Below are positions 44,240-62,928 of a DNA stretch of 64,000 nucleotides, piece by piece. The stretch's first letter is position 1. Each line of letters opens with the position of its first letter. The notes beneath the pieces were generated by a model. It ran no database searches, was not told the origin of the DNA, and worked only from the letters and a program-made list of their open reading frames with translations. Source of the stretch: Chrysomallon squamiferum (taxonomy: Eukaryota; Animalia; Mollusca). A program made the position numbers and the translations under genes. The stretch is from assembly GCA_012295275.1 (NCBI GenBank), contig CM022672.1, forward strand, positions 12,710,001 through 12,774,000. The letters run 5' to 3'.

Positions 44240-45306
44240 TTACAGTATAAAAAATAAGATCATCGTGGAAGTAAGAATAAACAAGCCCGTTGCGCTCATT
44301 CTGAAGAAAAATTTGTCTAGAAGAAGTGCAAAATCTTTGTACGACATTCTTTCATGTGATGCATCGTTTATGGAATTGTATTGTGAAGCAGCAGTTATTT
44401 CACGACCGTCTTCAAGTTTTATAGTCTTCGCAGACGGTATTTTTGCAGGTCTGGCGTCGGCGGATGAATACTCATTTACTTTGTTTTTGTTTTGACACGA
44501 AAGGCAGACGACAGGTGCAATGACGTAGTCTGTAAATTTCTGTAAACGGGCAGAAATGCGCTGTGTTTCTTCTTTGTTGTAGAGTGTTAAGATCCAAATA
44601 CTTAGAAGAGTGGCGACCGTGCCAAGAATCATAACGACTGAAAGGTAAATCTCTGGAATAGAAAAATTAGTTGAATAGTTAGTCTACAAAGAAATTAAAG
44701 AACAAAAACAACATCAACCATAACAATTTCCCGACAATTTTAAACTACAACACACACACACACACACACCTCCCTAAAAAAAAAAAAACAAACAACAAAA
44801 CATCATAAAAATCCATATACACAGCCTCCACTCCCTCCCAGCACAATAACAGCAAACATACCCATACACACACTGCGTGAAACAGAATACTTACGTAGCA
44901 CCGACGTCTTGGTAGAAATGGGAGGCAGATTGTCTGCTACTATGGTGAGGAGAACGACGTAGGAAAGGAGAACTGTTAAGGAAAATCCCAGTTTCTCTCC
45001 GGAATCAAGAGGCACAGTAAAAACAGAGATCATCAGAACTGAGTTCAGCATGATGGGAAGAACGAGGTACTGGCTGTAGAACAACCAGCGACGTTTAAAC
45101 TTGAGCCTGAATTTGAGGATTCGGTACGTATTAATTTCGTCCGAATTGTTAAGAAAGAACACAGACGATGAAATAAAATTCCATTCTCCTTGGGGTACAT
45201 ACAACATATAATCCACAGGTTTCACTGGATCGGAGAGAAGATCTATTTCATTCTGAAAAATGTAGAGAGAGAAAAAAAAATAAAAAAGTAATAATGATGA
45301 TGATGA

Positions 45307-45343
<37 letters not shown>

Positions 45344-46118
45344 TTAATGCTTTTTCACGGTGCTTTGTTTGTGCTGTTGGATTATAGGGCTGATAATATA
45401 CAAATACAACATAACAACTTCTTCCAGTACATTTGACATAAGACAAATTATATGTAGTGGATATTTAATTAGTTAGTATTTCCTCTTCTGACAAAACAGC
45501 AGTGTAAAAGACAATACCAACAAATAAATAAATTAATAAAATGAGAAACAAACACACCAGATAAAACCGAGACGAATCTCATTAGAATATAAAACGAACC
45601 GAGACATTTTAAAACTTGATGTACTCTTTAATGAAAGACTAACATTTATGAAATAGCTTTTATATATATCGCTCTGTGTTTACAAGTGTTATGTTGTAAT
45701 CACGATATTGCAGAAACTATGTCTCTGGCTTTATTTTACAAACTATGACGTAAAGTCTATAACCTTTATTATACAAATTGTGAGATAACGTCTGTAGTCT
45801 CTATCTTAGAAACTGTCAGGAAACGTCTACAGCATTTATCTTACAAACTGTGAGGTAACGTCTCTAGCCTCTATCTTACAAACTGTGACGTAACGTCTAG
45901 TGTATATATATATAGATATATATATATACTCACTATAGCGTAGCCCCAGGATGACAAATCAACAGAACATTCCTGACTGTCAAAAGGATAACTCTGAATG
46001 TTTATTTCACAAACTGTGTTCATTGTGATTGGTGATGCCCAGAATATGTCGCCATTATAAAGAATCCTTGCTGGTACTTCAGCTCCATCGATAACACCAA
46101 TTGAATTGACTCTGAAAA

Positions 46119-46200
<82 letters not shown>

Positions 46201-46997
46201 TTTTTAAAATACCTTATCATAGAAAAGTGCAGAAAGTTTTAAAAACTTTCACATCTAGTTATAAAGTTGTTCACACATACACACACACAAACACAAACAC
46301 AAACTCAGACACATACACACAGACACACACTCAGACAAATACAGCAGTCATACACCTATATAGCCTAACCTCTAAAAAAAACCAAGAAAAACAGGCACAC
46401 ATAACTTTACGAATAAATTAAAAATAATTTAAATACAATAATGATTCTGAACTGAAATATTGCATCGTCTAGAATTCTTAACAGAAATGTGCTGCTTATC
46501 TAATTAATAAACATTTGTAACCCACAACATTATCTATGGAATATTTACAACAATCTAGAAATATTTCTTTATTATATGAAAACATACTCATTGTTTATAA
46601 TGAGTGGTGGCTTCCAGATCTTTTTGTGGCTAACAACAAGCTGAGAGATTCCGCTATAGTCGTTGGGGTTCCATGTCAGACGAATATCTTTCCATACCTG
46701 CAAAGCAGATGAACGCAAAACAAACAAACAAACAAACAAACAAATAAATCAATAAATAAATAAATAAGTAAATAAGTAAGTAAGTTAGTAAGTAAGTAAG
46801 TAAATTATGTTAAGTGACAGTTAGTAGTTTGTTACCGAATAATGACAATTATAAGAGAAGAAATTCGGTGCCGAGATTTCATCAGCGCTACCTTTAAAAA
46901 CTGGTAAGTAATTTTTTAACTGATGTTTTTTGTAGAAAGAAATGCATATAATACAATATTTTATTTTATTTATTTATTTATTTATTATTATTATTAT

Positions 46998-47030
<33 letters not shown>

Positions 47031-47892
47031 GCGTTGCAAATGAAACAGTAAAAACAGTTAACTAAAACGGTTTTTAGCAAATTAAGAAGAGTCTCAATTC
47101 AGCTTACCACGTACCAAAACCCCGTCAAAGACATTGTCTGTGCAGTCATATCCTTCAAAGAGAAATAATATAAAATAAATAAATCAATGAATGCTTGTTT
47201 AATGATACCTTAAATTATTTTAATTGTAATGGTTTATATATACACATGTATATATGGATATACTACGTACGGACCTATATATGTAAGTATGTATGTGTAC
47301 ATGTGTATTTATATATGTATATATTTATATATTTGTACGTGTATATCTATGTATTTTAATGGTTTATATATATACATTGTATATAAGTATGTTTATATGT
47401 ATATACGTATGGACGTATATATATATATATATGTATGTGTATATATGTATTTATATAGGTATGTACGTATGTATGTATCAATGGTGTACGTACGTAAGTG
47501 TTATTTAAAATACCCACAAGTTTGTTTAGAGACATCAAGCCCAAAGTCACTGACACTGCAGTTGTGGTTTCAGGGCGTACGTCGTTGTCGTAACCAGACA
47601 GAATTGTGTTCCTCAGCATCATTTCACTTGTATAATTACCCATCACTTCTGAAAAAGTTCACACAAGCAGAACATAAGTAAATCGTTAGTTTACAACTAG
47701 TATAGTTCTTTTTACCGTTGATTTTTAAAATTTGAAAAAAATCAAATATTGTTCTAATGCTGAAGCATAAAATTTAGATAATGCATTTCAGGGAGGAAAA
47801 AAGGAAAAAAAGTTTCAGTTTTAAATGAAAATACAACAAATGTTTTGTTATTATTATTATTGTTATTATTATTATTATTATTGTTATTGTTA

Positions 47893-47944
<52 letters not shown>

Positions 47945-48350
47945 CAGTAATAGTGGGTGGTGTTGGTAGCAGCAGCAGCAGAGGTAGTAATTATTAATAT
48001 TATTAGTTGTCTTTTTGTTTGTGTTGGTCTTCTTAATATCAGTTGTAGTAAGTAGTAATTGGAGTATTATTGTTGTGTATTATTATTATGTTTTCAAAGT
48101 CTTTAATTTTTATTTATTTATTTATTTATTTATTATGCTGCTGTTATGAAAAATAACTGGAAATGCTTCATGGCTTGTTTCAATACATCTGATTTTACTT
48201 ATTGCGTTTTTTATTTATTTTTTTTCCTCTTTCATTCACTTGACTGAGAAATATTTCTCTGTTCCCTTCAGACCTTCTATTCAAATAATTTATTTGGACT
48301 TACATGTATTTACCTGTTGTTGCTGCAGAACACACTAAACAACTAGTCAT
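44240..48350 (-). CDS. Divergent non-alpha nicotinic-acetylcholine-receptor-like Cys-loop channel subunit, copy A (about 423 aa, 7 exons)
   Basis: Exons 48314-48350 (uncertain), 47518-47648, 47108-47152 (45 nt), 46588-46697 (110 nt), 45934-46111, 44895-45252, 44240-44652. GYDNDVRP, WKDIRLTW, IWKPPLIINN, Cys-loop CEINIQSYPFDSQEC, SSWGY, GEW, pre-M1 FKRR, SGEKLGFSLTVLLSYVVLLTIVADNLPP (M2), M3, short loop, LDKFFF then M4. No loop C CC. Confidence 0.88.
45704..45900. repeat. Minisatellite (about 35 bp unit, about 5-6 copies) in intron 5 of receptor A
   Basis: Unit TTACAAACTGTGA(G/C)GTAACGTCT.TAGC.T.TATC repeated. Confidence 0.85.
46121..46198. repeat. (AG)n microsatellite forming the polypyrimidine tract of receptor A exon 5
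   Basis: Pure AG run ending about 8 nt from the splice acceptor; reads (CT)n on the coding strand. Confidence 0.95.
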
Positions 48351-48985
48351 CTTGTTTAGCTTGTTCTCCCAGTAACCCGGTGTGGTAGTTTAAGTGTGAC
48401 CCACGTTTGTAAAGATCAGCCATGTGATCGGACGTGTGTGAATATATTTAGTACGAGTGCATTAGTTTTGAACTAGTAGTAAAATATTAACTACATTTTA
48501 GTTTTACAGACCACATCAAATTTAAGATCGTAAGCTATTTTTATATGACTAACAAACGTATCATATGCCTATCTTCGATTATATTGCATATACTTTCACA
48601 AATATCTTCACTTATTTTTAAAGATATTTTCCGATGTTATAGAGAATCTTGGAAGATATTAAATCACATGCATATTCCCTTCCTCCGAAACCCCCCCAAA
48701 AAAATCCAACAAGAATAAAATAAATAAATAATAAACAAAAAATAAAATATTATAATAAACAAAAAAGAACAACACCAAAACAAAACAAAGAAAACAATCA
48801 AACAAACTAACTAACTAACTAACAAACAAACAGTAAATAAATACAAACACTGCTAAGAAATACACTGTATTTAACTTTCGACTATAGAATGGCTAACTAT
48901 AGAAAATGGAATAAATAATGTTTGCGAGTATTCTTAATTCTGTTATTATTATAATGTCTTGTATTGTCGTTAAATAATTAAATAA

Positions 48986-48989
<4 letters not shown>

Positions 48990-49079
<90 letters not shown>
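48990..49079. repeat. (GT)n microsatellite
   Basis: Visible interrupted GT run. Confidence 0.95.
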
Positions 49080-49081
<2 letters not shown>

Positions 49082-49975
49082 AGTTTTTAGTCAATACGCG
49101 TCTTTAAACCATTTGATGTACTAATAAAATTATTACAAATAAATAAATAAATAAATAAATTTAACACTATAGTCCTCCCACTCTCTATTACATACTAAAT
49201 ACCTTTTCGTTGATAACACATCATAAAAAAACAATATTAACCTTTCCGAAGTAGTAGTATTAGAAGTAACAACAACATCCGCGCCATTTTGTTATTTCGC
49301 TTTTAACTATCAGAATTGCCTTACTGTTAAAACCTTTCGCCTAAGTACACACGCTGTTATTGGACATAATACTCGATGGGATACAACTGTCATACGTTTT
49401 AGAAAAATAAAACAAACACAGCCAGCGTTTTCACTTGACCAATCACGAAACAACACACAAAACAAGCTTTTACTTTAATGTTTATAACGTCGGGATATAT
49501 AATAAATATTTCATTAATGACATTTTACTAATAATTCAGTGAAATGTTCTGTTTAATAACTGTAATTATATTATAAAAATCGAAAGCCACACGTACGTAT
49601 AAATAAACCAAAGCAAACTGTAAACATCAGTGTATGAATTGTAATGTAACAATGCCAAAAGTCATTCATAACTATAGTGTTAAGCTGTATGTAAGTATAA
49701 ATTGTATATAACTATCCAAAGCAATGGATATCCACAGGTAACCATGATGTTTTTTGGGATAGAATTTGTTATGACAGGCAACAAAGCAGATATACAAGAA
49801 AAAATAAATGGATTTATTCACAACTGTTATTATAGAAACTCTGAAGGAAAAAACGAAAATAAACAAGCAAGGAAAAGAAAACGACAACCCCACAAGAAAA
49901 CTCAATAAATAAATATATATATATATGGGGGTAGTGTCGGGTATTTTGGTTTGATATGTTAAATATATTTGATAT

Positions 49976-50011
<36 letters not shown>

Positions 50012-50113
50012 AAAAAAAAGAAAAAGAAAAAAAAATGAAATCATTATTTATCAGACGGCTTTAGAGTAAATACGGGTATATGAAATTTATTAAAATAATA
50101 ATAAATAAATACA

Positions 50114-50148
<35 letters not shown>

Positions 50149-50266
50149 ACCAATAAATAAAATTAAAATTAAATTATTAAAACAGCCTCTTCTTAAAAGA
50201 TCAGTCGTTTTACATTTTCTTTGAAAATTTGACGAAAACATGAAAATCAATCTATTTAACAATATA

Positions 50267-50847
50267 CAGTGGTACCTCGAGTTACGAGTGCTCCGACTTA
50301 CGAGTTTTCTGATATATGAGCAGTCGCCCGGTAGATTTTTGCTTCGAGTTGCGAGACAAAATCCGAGCTTCAGATCACTGCTGCTAGTTGGCGCATCGAA
50401 CAACACAACACCCGCTCAGCATTCCGCGTTTCACTCGTTTGCTTCACGTGGTTACCTCGCCGTGGAAGCATCTCTGTTGTGTTGTGCTCGCATTTTGAGC
50501 TGTGAACATGCCAAATTTCCATGGATCCTAAGAAAATCAATGCAAAGGACAGTGCTGTCAAGAAGAAGCGGATGATATCCATTGTATTAAATCATGAAAT
50601 CATACAAAAACATGAGCGAGGTGTCGTATAGTCAACATGGCTAGGCAATACGAGCGAAGTACTTTTTACATGTATCATACTAAAACAGGAGGCTTGATAA
50701 AGGATATAACTCCAGCCAAAGGCGTTAAAATAATTTCTAATCTACGGACCTGTGTCTATGAAAAGATGGCGAAATCCTAACCCTGTAACTTTACAAAACC
50801 AATTTATTTCTTTTCATTCTCTTTTATGTTGTCTTTATACAATATTA

Positions 50848-50910
<63 letters not shown>

Positions 50911-51074
50911 TATTTAAAAACACGTTACAAAAAATTGGGGTGGTTTTGGGGGACTAGAACGGATTAATGGTATTTCAATTGATTTCTGTTGGTAAAATTC
51001 ATTTGATATATGAGCAAATTGAGTTACAACCTCGGTCACGGAACGAATTAAACTCGTAAGTCAAGGTACAACTG
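50267..51074 (+). mobile_element. Internally deleted Tigger/pogo (Tc1-mariner superfamily) DNA transposon
   Basis: TIRs CAGTGGTACCTCGAGTTACGAGT (left, preceded by TA) and ACTCGTAAGTCAAGGTACAACTG (right), 20/23 identical after reverse complement. From 50521 a frameshifted remnant reads MDPKKINAKDSAVKKKRMISIVLNHEIIQKHERGV../..MARQYERST../..ILKQ..IKDITPAKGVKIIS.LRT, resembling the CENP-B-type HTH N-terminus of Tigger transposases. The DDE domain is missing. Confidence 0.85.
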
Positions 51075-51248
51075 CATTCGCTTTTAAGAGAATTAGTAAT
51101 TAAATACGATTGTGGTCAACAGACAAACAGACTACCGAAGAAATACTTCGCAATGTATATTCAAAATTGTATTTGCAAAATTATCATAATCGACAGGCGA
51201 ACATACAATTTTTTTTTTTTCAGCAGAATAATCGCTTGTTAGTTAACA

Positions 51249-54200
51249 TTAATAAACGAAAAACAGAATCATGGTCAAAGTAACGGCAAACAAGATCACG
51301 CCGAACATCCGGAAAAACAGTTTATCGAGAACAACTGCAAAGTCTCTGTAAGACATTCTTTCCTTTTCCCATGCTGAGTCTTTGTCGAGAACTTTGTGGA
51401 TGGGAGACTTTCGCCATTAGCTGTTGGTTTCGCATCGCGAGATGAACCATCCTCGACTCGGTTACTTCGTCCACGAGGCAGGCAGACGATGGGTGCAATG
51501 ACGTGGTCTGTTAATTTCTGCAGACAGAACGGGATGTGTGTGGTTCCTTTTCTGTTGTGCAGTTTTAGAATCCAGATTGTTAGAATTGTTGTGAGCGTGC
51601 CCAGTGCCAAAAGGACAGACAGATAGAGCTCTGAAACGAAGAAAAGTGCTAACTATAAAGTATGATGTTTAATATTATTATATAAGCCTGCAGTTCGGTG
51701 CCAAGTGATTAAGTTCATTTAACTGTTTGTCATTATTTGTTATTAGTTTTGTGATACAGAAATTTGGTTTAAAAATATCTTGTTACTGACCTGAAAATAA
51801 ACCTTTAAAGTAAATTATAAATAAACCAACAAGTGAGATAAAATAATTATCAATAAGCTAAGAATTTGGATAATTATTTATAAATAGAATACGTCTTGAG
51901 TTTTATTCATTTTTTGTTCATTTTCTTTTTTTTATAATGTGTTCCAATGTTAATTATCTATTGTACAGATGGGCTCTACATTTTTTTTACAATATATTTA
52001 AACAAAATTATAATTATTTGGAAATATTTTCCTTCTGCTAACAAAGAATACGCTTTATAGTGCTATCATTAAATTAAAACATCTTACGTAGTACTGACAA
52101 CCCGGTGGAAATAGGAGGCAGGTTCTCTGTTACTATGGTGAGGAGAACAATGTAGGAGAGCAAAACTGTTAAGGAGAATCCCAGTTTCTCTCCCGAGTCA
52201 GTAGGCACGACAAAGACAGAGATCATCAGAACAGAATTCATCATGATGGGAAGAATAAGATACTGACTGTAAAATTGCCAACGACGTTTGAACTTGAGCT
52301 TGAACTGCATATTCTGGTGCAGGCTGTTTTGGCCTGAGATATTGCAGATCTTGACGGTGTATGACTTATACGCCCATTCACCATGTTCTGTATAGACTTT
52401 ATTGATGACAGGAGAGTATTCGAATGGTGAAAGCTGTAATTCGTCCTAATAAAAATAAATGAAAAGGTATTAGAATAAGTGGATTACATTCAGTTACAGT
52501 ATGACATTGTTAATATTTTGAGTGATTCAGATTATAATAACTAATTAGCAATCTGAATAATCAAAATATGACTTAACCGACGAGCTGCTTGTTCATCTCA
52601 AATTCGTATGTTGACATACACTATACAGAAAACATATTTTGTTATTTACATTAAAACAAACGAAATGTTAATGAACAATTAGTCATACTTTATACTTGTA
52701 ACGATAATTAATTTGGCTTCCTTTCACGTCATAGAGCACTTGCTAGAACGAGATAGACTCATTAGCGGAACTCGTTCTTAAACAATCTGCATACCAAACA
52801 AATAATGTATCACTGTGATATAACCAACCATGGAAACAGAAATACTTACAACAGTGTACTCCCAGGCTGTGATATCCACGGAACATTCTTGACTATCAAA
52901 CGGGTAATTCTGAACGTTCACTTCACAAGTCGTCTTCATGGTGATTGGCAGTTTCCAGACTACCATTCCAGAACGGTACACTCTTAGAGGTACCGCTGTT
53001 TTATCTATCAGACCAGCTGTATTAACCCTGAACAATTAAGTAAGTAAGTACGTGAGTATGTAAGTAAGTAAGTAAGTAAGTTAGTCAGTCAGTTAGTTAG
53101 TCAGAAAGTAACTAACGAAAGAAAATCAAAGAAATAAACAAATAAAACACAGTTCGGAAATGTGCAGTATTTTATAGCAACAGCAAAGGCATGCTTTAAA
53201 AATGATGTTCACTGTGTTTTCTTTCAACTTACTCATTACTAACAATAAGCGGTGGTTTCCAGACCTCGCTGTGGCTGAGAATAAGTTCTCTGATGTGGCC
53301 ATGGTCGTCAGGATTCCAACGCAGTCGGTAATCAGTCCATATCTAGAATCGAAGTATATTACTGTCATTAACAACACTGGTAATATCTACACTAATATCT
53401 ACGTAATATGTACTATAAATATTACTACTGTTATTACTATTAGTACTACTTCTGCTATTATTATTACTGCAATTACCAGTTGTGCTTCTGGTACCACTAC
53501 TGCTGTTAAAGCAACCGCCACCACTGCTACTACATCATCTATCTTAGCTACTACTGCTACTACAGTTACTGCAGCTGCTTCTGTTATTACAACTACTTTT
53601 AACACTATTACTATTACTATTACTACTGCTACTACTACTGCTACTATTACTACTGCTACTACTACTACTACTACTACTACTACAACCACTGTAGTACTAC
53701 TTCTGCTATTATTATTATTATTAATATTATTTGTTTCTTTCTTTTGCGACAGCAGCTGCAATAACAACAATATCTACTACTACCATACCAACACTACTAC
53801 TCCTTTTATTATTTTTGTTGCTTTTTTTAAAATTAATTTTTCTGTTGTTATCGTCGTAGCCTCTGTATCAAAATGTCTACTGTTACCGTATACCAGAATC
53901 CTTTGAGAGACATCGTCTGCGTACTCACATCCTACAAAACAAAGATCATTACTAAAAATACAACAGTATAAAATGAAGAAATAATTAAAAAAAAAAATTC
54001 AAACAAATTATAATCATTAGCAATACAATAACAAAATTTTAAAATAAATTATGATAGTAAATAATTCTTAGTTTCACTCAGATGACTTATTAAGTTTTTT
54101 TTCTTTTTATATGTTCAATATCGCAATACTATATCCAGAATTCAAGCCGAATGGTTTTGGTTTGACGATACCTTCCAGTAGAATAGCTTAGCAATCTCAA

Positions 54201-55317
54201 AGAAGTGAAAGGTAACCAGACTTAATAATCTTGTGTGAATCGTCCAAATCTTTAAAGTCGTCACAATTAAATAGATAATAAACGTAATTACCATTTCACG
54301 CATACACCCAACTATACAGAGAGAGAGAGAGAGAGAAGAAGAAGAAGAAGAAGAAGATGAAGAAGAAGAAGAAGAAAGAAGAAGAGAAGTACAATCAATA
54401 AAATAATAGACTTTAAATATTTCAGTACTACCTAAACATTTCTTCATTCAGATGTACTTACGAGTTTATTTTAAAATATCACACCTAGGGCCACGGTAAC
54501 TGTTATAGTCGCAGCTGGACGAATGTTTGTGCTGTAGTTCCCGAGTATAAAATAACGCAGAGCTGCCTCTTTAGTCGGATACTGGCAGCGTACCTCTACA
54601 ATTTTAAACATATTATGATGTTGCGAAAGTTTTTGTAAACACTAAAAATTTCTACATTTTAACTCTCAGTCTTGGCATACTTTTTCACTAAAAGTATTGG
54701 ACGAGGGATAATAACACATAACATAAATCCTATCCAGTTACTTTATGCCTTTTCCCGTTACAGCCAATGGCTCATATCAGAGGTTTGTCAAAGAGTTTGG
54801 TATCTGCTATCATGTCTAGATGAAGATGCATATAAACAATACTTTGTTCGAACTGAAAAAGAGTAACGGGTTTTAATCTCTTATAATCTGTATGATCCTC
54901 AAATCAAACAATAGGATTCATCGTCGAATAAGAATGTTATGAGTAAGTCGTCAAACAAAATTTTATTTAATCTTTCGTTAATCTTTGAGATTAAACAATA
55001 CATATTTAAGGTATATGCCTTGAGCGCCATTTGAAAAAAAAAAAATTATATATATATATATATTAAAATAAAATAATTTTTGAAAATAAAGTAAGTATTC
55101 ATTTAGTTTCTTAAGCTCCATGCCTATATAACTGGATATAGTTATATAGCATCATAATACAATATAGTATGCCACATTATGAACTGAATTACTATAAGAT
55201 ACTAATGCACTAAACTACCGAACAGTAGTCCACCCTACCAGCTTAACCAAAATTTATTACAAAAACCTATTTACCTCTCTCTAATAGAAGCAATAAAAAT
55301 AACCAAACCATCGCCAT
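51249..55317 (-). pseudogene. nAChR-like Cys-loop channel subunit, copy B, disrupted (nonsense codon plus frameshift)
   Basis: Exons 55275-55317 (signal peptide MAMVWLFLLLLL), 54462-54595, 53887-53931, 53233-53342, 52850-53027, 52088-52445, 51249-51630; internal exon sizes equal copy C (134/45/110/178/358). In-frame TAA at 54471-54473 where copies A and C have Leu (CTA/TTA). The last exon is 1 nt short, so MSYRDFAVVLDKLFFRMFGVILF (M4) is out of frame. Confidence 0.8.
53360..53800. repeat. Degenerate (ACT/GCT/ATT)n low-complexity tract in receptor B intron 3
   Basis: Cryptic trinucleotide repeat producing the spurious Thr/Ala and Val ORFs; similar tracts at 56790-57125 and 58155-58725. Confidence 0.9.
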
Positions 55318-55401
55318 TCTCGTAGATAATCTCAAAACTAATGATACTGCTGTCTCCCAGTCTCACTTGTGGACAAACAGCTTTGGAAGAGCTAACGTCC
55401 T

Positions 55402-55433
55402 ACTGAAAAATATTACGTGGTGACGCTTTTATA
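55402..55433 (-). promoter_or_regulatory. TATA box plus Initiator core promoter of receptor copy B
   Basis: Minus strand TATAAAA at 55433-55427 and TCAGT Initiator at 55406-55402. Spacing from TATA to the +1 A is about 29 nt, and the +1 lies about 87 nt upstream of the ATG at 55317. Confidence 0.55.
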
Positions 55434-55991
55434 TGAAATTGGCATATAATGTACATGCAACACAGTAGACGTTCGTACATCATAGTTTAATCGGCTGCAC
55501 AAAACTTGAATTAGCATTTGAAAATCTAAACCTTTGTTTGTTCGTTCTGTAATTATCGGGTATTCAAAACGTATTTCTTAAAATACGCCTCGTTCATTTT
55601 GCTGTAAACAACAACTGTAAACTGACCTGTAAGGCCAATCGTAAAAGAGACGATTCAACCGTCATTTAGTTAATGTTGTACTTTGGTAAAATTAATGATC
55701 AAAATTCGATTTGTATTACAGATCTTGCGTAAGCTCAAAACACAGAATAGCACGGAATTGCTCGTACCATTTGGTTTGTTTATGAAGAAGGATGCGAAAT
55801 AACAAAGACACCAAGATAACAAAGAATAATAAAAAATATAATCTGTAGATTTAAAAGAATGAAAATGTTAGAACAAAAGAAGTGGAGAAATTGAGAGACA
55901 GGCAAGAGAGTGAAAATTAAAGACACACACAAACACATACACACACTAATAGAGAGAAAGAGAGTGAATTAGTCTGAGAGGAAAAATATCT

Positions 55992-56131
<140 letters not shown>

Positions 56132-56264
56132 AAATAAAAGTCAAGGTAATTTATTTCATTTTGTTATTTATTTTTGGCTATTTACACAAAAACATATTTT
56201 TCACAGATCAGTCCTCGGCTTAGTTTATGTCTGTCACAGTTCTAATCCAAGCAGACGGATCTCT

Positions 56265-61666
<5,402 letters not shown>

Positions 61667-62447
61667 ATCGCCGTGAATTCGTTTACTAGTTTTGAACACG
61701 TAAAACCCTTGTCTGATTTAGCTAGCAGTGTTGATCATTTTTACCCCTTTCCAAGTACCTTTGGTGTTCGTCAATGGTCAGTCACCGTACAGTGGTCAAA
61801 CACAATGGACAAACTGACCTGTCAGATCATTGCAGTGTCCCGCGCGGTTATTTACTCATATTTTGCTTTGAGCATGGATGTCATATATTTTTCTTTTTTT
61901 GTAAGGAAATATATCAGAGAATGATTCAACGGAGTAATTTTTGTTTGTTATTGAGCCTTCAACTCTTCACCTGAGTGGTATTTGTCATATAACTTAAGGT
62001 CGACCTAAATTAGAGGGATTATGATTACTACATGTTACATATATAATGCTGCCAAGATGATCAAGGAAGACTGCGGAAAGATTTAGAAGAAAGAGGAGCA
62101 GTCATTGTTACACTTCTAAGATGTAAAATAAACACAGACTGTATGAAATGGCGTCACTCTTTTGGGATTATGAGATTGTTGTGTTGTTGAGAAAACAGCT
62201 TTTATAAGATCGAAATGTTTAAGCTTAGTGAAAGATTAAAGAAGAGCGTGAGTTAATAAAATAAACAGACAGACAGACAGACATATATATTATATATATA
62301 TATATATATAGGTATACAGACAGATATTCAGACAGATAGATACGGAAACAGAGACTGAGTGAGAAGTGTGTGAGAGACGGACAGATAGAGTGAGAAATGA
62401 GTATGCGTGAAAGAAGTATATAGAAAGACAATTGCGTGTGTGTGTGC

Positions 62448-62564
<117 letters not shown>

Positions 62565-62864
62565 ATATTTAAGATGATATGGGTTGAAATGCTATGGTTA
62601 TCATTACAATCGATTGCCTATTATTTCCGTTTTTCAAAATAATGTTTCAATGTCAAAGCTAAAGATGAAAGATATCAGTTAATTTAACACGTCTGTGGTA
62701 GCTCTTTTTGATTATATGCTTTAATTGTGGTTAATCGAAACATCAAACTGGTTAATCGCTCTACTGACAGGTGAATTATTTTCTAAATCTAATTCTTAAA
62801 TTTTTTTTTTTTTTTTAGCTGGACGTGTCGATTACAACTGACGTTAGATTAAATATATTAAACA

Positions 62865-62928
<64 letters not shown>

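Noticed and set aside
50044-50582. Three overlapping ORFs of 70-120 aa
   Set aside because: They fall largely in the non-coding left arm of the Tigger element; the real remnant starts at 50521.
53202-53906. 234-aa plus-strand Thr/Ala-rich ORF resembling a mucin or membrane protein (and its Val-rich antisense ORF)
   Set aside because: It is the translation of a degenerate (ACT)n tract inside receptor B intron 3 and overlaps real minus-strand exons.
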